This document shows, one piece after another, positions 58,804-64,000 of a DNA stretch of 64,000 nucleotides; positions within the stretch are counted from its first letter, which is position 1; each line of letters starts with the position of its first letter. Source of the DNA: Podarcis melisellensis. Its lineage: Eukaryota. A program made the position numbers and the translations under genes. Under the pieces are notes generated by a model that saw only the letters and a program-made list of their open reading frames with translations, did not search any database and was not told the DNA's origin. The stretch is taken from assembly GCA_964234715.1 (NCBI GenBank), contig OZ174275.1; one strand, written 5' to 3'.

Positions 58804-61001
58804 CTCTGTCTCTGTCTCTATCTCTGTCTCAAAAAATGCACTTCTCAGTCCCCAAAGCGACAGAATGTTCCAGGACAGTCTTTCATGGGGTCTGTTTCCT
58901 TGTGAGGAGTGAATAACTGGAGGCACAAAAAACCCAAAATGCTAATTTAAAAGTACAGCAGGACAATTGGCAAACATGCAAGGAATACTAATTCCCAAAA
59001 CAGCACCAGTCCACCAAAGCAACAGCATCTGCCCAAAATTACTCCATAACAGCCAGTGGCAAAATCCTTTTTCTCTTGCTAAATACAAAGCTGATTTTTT
59101 TCTCCAGGCCCTACAGAGCAAAACATAACCCAAATCCCTGTAGCTGGAAGTAGTCACCAACCATGGAGGGCCATTGAAGTAAGTGCTTTCCGCCATCAAG
59201 CACTACAACAGCCTGGAGTGGAAAAAAACACCAGTTATGCATATGTAAAGAGTTCATTTGAGAGGCTGAAAGGTACTTCAAACAAAGGATAGTGTCTAGA
59301 GAGGGCACACATTTGAGCAATCTTAACAGTTGCCTGGGATGTAGGGAAGGAGATGATCCAAGGAATACACGAAAGCAAATTTTCCATCAAAACAGTGATC
59401 TGGGAAAACCAAATGCTTTACCCTGGAGTTGGGGATGGAAAGAAAATAAAATTCTTCAGCTGCTGAATAGACAACAGAGAGCAATTGGAAAGGATCTCAA
59501 TCATGGCAGAAAGCTCTGGTTATTTGCTTTTCCTATATAATTTGGCAAAGTGCATGTCCAATCATTCCAATAATGTACCACTTCATTAAATTAGACTGAG
59601 GAACAGGCTTCCTGCAGTATCTTTCATTAAGGTAATCAAGGAACTGCAGCATCAAAAAGACTAGCTGTGTTAGTTTGGTAGAGCACAAACAGCAAAGTGT
59701 TTTTTGGCGCCTTCAAGGCTTTTGACTCCTTTTGGATCCTTCAAGGCTTTTACTAGCTTTTGTGCACCAGAGTCTGCTTTTGTCAGAAGCCTGAAGGGTA
59801 ATCCTGAGACGTAAGACCACCCTGAGACCTCTGGAACTGCCCTGAGACCTCTAGGTATAGGGCGGTATATAAATTCAATAAATCATCATCATCCCGAATT
59901 AGCAAGCGTACTCTGGGACGAAGAGATGTACAGGAGTGAGTTCAGACAGAAGTGAAATGCAAAAAGAACAGGCAGTAATGTTTACCTGAAAGCAAGATAG
60001 TTACAGTGTCCAATTAACAAGGCAGTACTGGTAGTAAGACTAATGTTTTGTCATTGATAAGCTAATGAACCCATGTAGTGTGATGTCAAAACAAAATCAA
60101 GCCTACAATCTGGATTCAAGCCGCACATGGCTTGAATTAATTGCCTGATAAATTGTAATTCAGCAGTTTCCTGGCAGAATTTCGTTTTGAAGTCCATGTT
60201 CATACTTTATCCCAGCTTGATGCCACTTTTGCTTATTATTGGCATTTCAGGAAAGGATGAGAAGTGGGCAGGGGACTGCGTCTCTGGAAATAAATTTGAC
60301 CCTTGGTGGTGACCCCTCTTTAAATGCTGAACCTTTCTCCTCCTAATGTACCTCGGAGGGTTTTTTTGTATCCTCTCAAAAATGGGCTCTTAGGCAAACA
60401 AGGTGCACTGGGGTATCAAAATTATGGGTGTGTGTTTAATGGAACGAAGCAGCTGACTTCTGGGAAGAGGTAAAAGTCTGTAGAACATGCAGTCCTTTCC
60501 CCTGCATGACGGTGAAAGGCAAGTGCAATGCTTTGCCATGAGAAATCATCATCTCCATGCATAAACTCATTCTTTCCCATTGCAAAGCCAATCTGTCTTC
60601 CCCAAGGAGATGGCTATCCAGAGAGAAAGGACAGAAAAGGATATGAACCTTGAAGAAAGCCCCTGAACATGCGATCTTTGTGCAATGTGACAGCTGTGAG
60701 CTGACGCTGACCTTGAAACAGCTCAAGCAACAAATTATAGACCACGTCAGGAATTGCAAGTAGCACCCTAGGAGCACACTGGCCAGCAAAAGTAGGTTAA
60801 ATTAATGTTAGTTTCTCTTGTTATTTTCCCATGCCTTGTCCAAGGTGCTTTGTAATCATTACTCTTAATAATTTACATAGCATTTTTCATGTACAAAAGG
60901 GTGCCACAGTATTTTAAATTTATTGGTTCTCTCCTCCCCCAGTAATTTGAACCTGATAATAATGATAATAAGAGGTATTATCTGAAAGAGCATCCCACCT
61001 A

Positions 61002-61142
61002 NNNNNNNNNNNNNNNNNNNNNNNNNNNNNNNNNNNNNNNNNNNNNNNNNNNNNNNNNNNNNNNNNNNNNNNNNNNNNNNNNNNNNNNNNNNNNNNNNNN
61101 NNNNNNNNNNNNNNNNNNNNNNNNNNNNNNNNNNNNNNNNNN
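61002..61142. other. Assembly gap (141 N)
   Basis: Run of N. Confidence 1.
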
Positions 61143-61144
61143 TG

Positions 61145-61350
61145 AGAACTAGTGGGGTATAGTGGTTACAGTCTGAGATTTATGTGGCAGAAACGTGAGT
61201 CGAAATCAGTGCTCAGCCATAAAGCTTACCGGGTGACCTCGGTCTAATCTGTCTCTCAGCCTAGCCTAAGCTCACAAGGTTGTTGTGAGAATAAATGTGG
61301 TTTGGGGTGAGGGGAGAGAGAGCAATGTATACTGCCTCTTAGCTCTTTGA
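61145..61350 (+). mobile_element. Old tRNA-derived SINE (Squam3/MIR-like)
   Basis: gtggggtatagtggtta A-box, gggtgacctcgg and tctctcagccta...ctcacaaggttgttgtgag core similar to the 17451 element. Confidence 0.55.
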
Positions 61351-64000
61351 AGGAAGGAAATAATGTTTAAAATCTGATATGTAGAACCCATTTACACACA
61401 CTCCTTTTTCAAAATCACTTCTCTTTGATAGGGAAAAGGTTTCCCACCATGTGCTAAGCCAGGGTAGCCAATGTGATACCCCTCCAGGTGTTATCAAACC
61501 ACAACTCCCACTATCTCTATCCTTCGGCCAGACTGGCTGAGGCTTATGGAAACTGTAGTCCCCAACACCTAGAAAGCACCACACCTAACAGCATCAACAT
61601 CTGCAGAGCATATCACTGTTCTAAAGGCTTCCATTGGTAACACGTAACAGACAGGATGATACTTTTAAGGAACCAGGATACCTGTGCCACTATTCAGCTT
61701 TTCTTACCAATCTGGCTAGATGTAGCCTCATGCAGAAGACTCATACAGTAGATTGTTCACCCTCTCTCTCTCTTTTGGAAAGCAAATAAAATAAAACTTA
61801 AGAACAGGCACACAAAGGGTTACAGGTCCAGATGGAAGGGAGAGAGTTCTGTTGCAAATGACATCACAGAGAATGGCACAGGGATGTCCATCACACTCAC
61901 ATAGCAACATTCCACGCAGCAATAGCATCAGACATGCTATCAGAGTTTGAGAGGGATAACCAGGTACACACCGCACTGAGCTCCTTGGAGAAGAGGTATA
62001 GCTGTAATAATAAATGCACTGCATTTTCTCAGGCACAAAGCAGCACACTTCAGATGCTCAGAAAAACAATGTAACACCACAACACAAGCACTACCTTTAG
62101 GGCAGATATGTAGATTGTGTGCTAGATTTGGGAAGCACATATCTTATACTGCATAAAAATGATTGTGCAGAAGATCTTGAGGAATAAGTATTTCCTCCAA
62201 AGCCACTGCACAAGTCTGTGTCTAAGGTGGGTTCCAGGATTCAGCACTCTGCATAAAAGTGCGAAGGAGCCCCACTTTTGCTATATTCATTCTTCGATTG
62301 TGACCTCTGGAAATTGTCACACTGTGGTGTTGCTTTCCTCCAGAAGAAATAGCCTTGCTTGAAAAACCTATTGGGTTGAATACAAGTTACCTTATTTGGA
62401 AATAATGGCTCCTGTGCAGCAAAGGTTAGCCCGGACCAAATCTTGTTGGAGTCAATGAAATAAGTTAAGCCTAGCTCTGTACCTGGAATACTGGGATGTC
62501 TACAGGTATATGCATAGTCATCAGTGTTCAAGGATAGAAACCTCCACCCGAATTATGCATCGGAAAATGCCTTTGCACCCTGCTACCCATGGCAAGCAAA
62601 CTTTGATTCAGCAAAAGCTCAGAATACCTTCCTCCCCCCCCCTCCCTCTGTCCCAATAAATGTTCTTCCTTAGATGATCAAACCTTTAAGAGTTTTCTCC
62701 TCTAAGCTGTCAGTGTCTAGATTCAGGTTGCTCCATGCTATTTACGTCAATATCCTCCTCTCTTTATAATAAACCACATATTCTTCAAATCCAACATCAG
62801 GTTTATTGCTAACTCACCCTTGTATAAGTTGTCCCATGGCATGCTGTGACTCAAACTAGCTAAAAACCCAAACATGTGTTCCGGCTGTGCACATGTAATC
62901 ACAGACATGTATGGACGAGGACATGCAGTAACAATCCTGGTTTATACCACAGTTTATTTCACACTCTCATCAGTAATGGATATTCCTAGGATCTGGACCT
63001 CAGTTGCCTGTGATCTGGAAGTGATTGATGAAAATGGAATTCTATTACAGCCCAGAGCTGATAAACATTTCATCTGCAGTACTCAGAATAATAGCCATGA
63101 GAGGATTCCAAAACCGTAATGCTCCTGGCAAGACTATGTATATGCTGAGCTTCTTGGCTAGTAGCCATTTGATAACCGTATGTTCTTTACATTCATCTGG
63201 TCTGGGGGGATTTAACCTTGCAATCACCAATGGACTTTGCCATTACTGTAAATGTCATTACAACAACTGTTAAGAGGCTTCTAAGGACAAATGTTTTAGT
63301 TGCTTAAACCCTGCATCTTATCATCACGCACCACACCATTTGTAAAGGAACAAGGTTGCTACAGATGGAAGAATATTCAGGAAAATCCTATGGGCTTTTT
63401 AAAAATCAAAGGGATCTGTTGTCCCTCTTAAAAACAAAAAATCTGATCCAGCAAGTGAGTGAGTGCTTCCTTCCACCACCAAATGTTTCTCAGGCTTACA
63501 CTTGTATTCGTTTAATTGTGAAATGAATGTGTTAAATCCATGAAAAGCACATTCATTTAAGCTACATTTCATTATCATGTTGTTTTTTAAGTGGATACAT
63601 TTGCAACTCTCTCACACCACAATCCTGTAAGACATTTGGGATTTAAGCATAACGGCACTCTCGCTCCACAGCAGATCTGTAGAATGTTGCTGTGTGCTTT
63701 CATCTGTTTTCAGATTATTACTGGTTTTTATTTTTACTTTGTTTTAAATAGTTTCATGCTTTGCATTGATAATTTTAATGTTTTATTTGCTTTGTAAACT
63801 GCTTTGAGGTTTGTTTGTTTTTACAATCAATCAGTGTATATATTTTATGAAATGAATGAATAAACTCTCTCTGAATATCAGCCATATATAAAAATGTATG
63901 GTTATTAAGATCCACCACCAGACCCACTGCTACTGTGTTTACTGGAGTAATAGGGCTCCCGTGCCTTTAACAGTTGTTTGGATAAATGGATTTTACTATC

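Noticed and set aside
62380-62900. Possible upstream non-coding PLCD4 exons (minus-strand donors near 62390 and 62817)
   Set aside because: Splice-like motifs only, with nothing else to support them without transcript data.

Overview
Eukaryotic (vertebrate) genomic DNA from a squamate reptile, probably a lacertid lizard (Sauria SINE, Squam3-type SINE, BovB, CR1/L2 and hAT/Tigger-like MITEs). It holds the conserved block RNF25 (last two coding exons, +), BCS1L (complete, -, 419 aa), ZNF142 (complete, +, ~2012 aa) and PLCD4 (complete CDS, -, 761 aa). BCS1L and ZNF142 are head-to-head across a CpG-rich bidirectional promoter. Between the converging 3' ends of RNF25 and BCS1L, which are direct neighbours in human, lies an extra multi-exon olfactomedin gene (OLFM4/tiarin/frog-olfactomedin-like, +). 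Its upstream exons are intact, but its last exon has three clustered frame-breaking lesions. Other notable features are a U12-type AT-AC intron in PLCD4, two GC-AG introns in ZNF142, a hAT MITE carrying ZNF143/THAP11-type motifs inside the bidirectional promoter, and a probable solo LTR in the first coding intron of PLCD4. There is one assembly gap (61002-61142). All exon boundaries were read by eye, and homology calls rest on remembered protein sequences, not on a database search.
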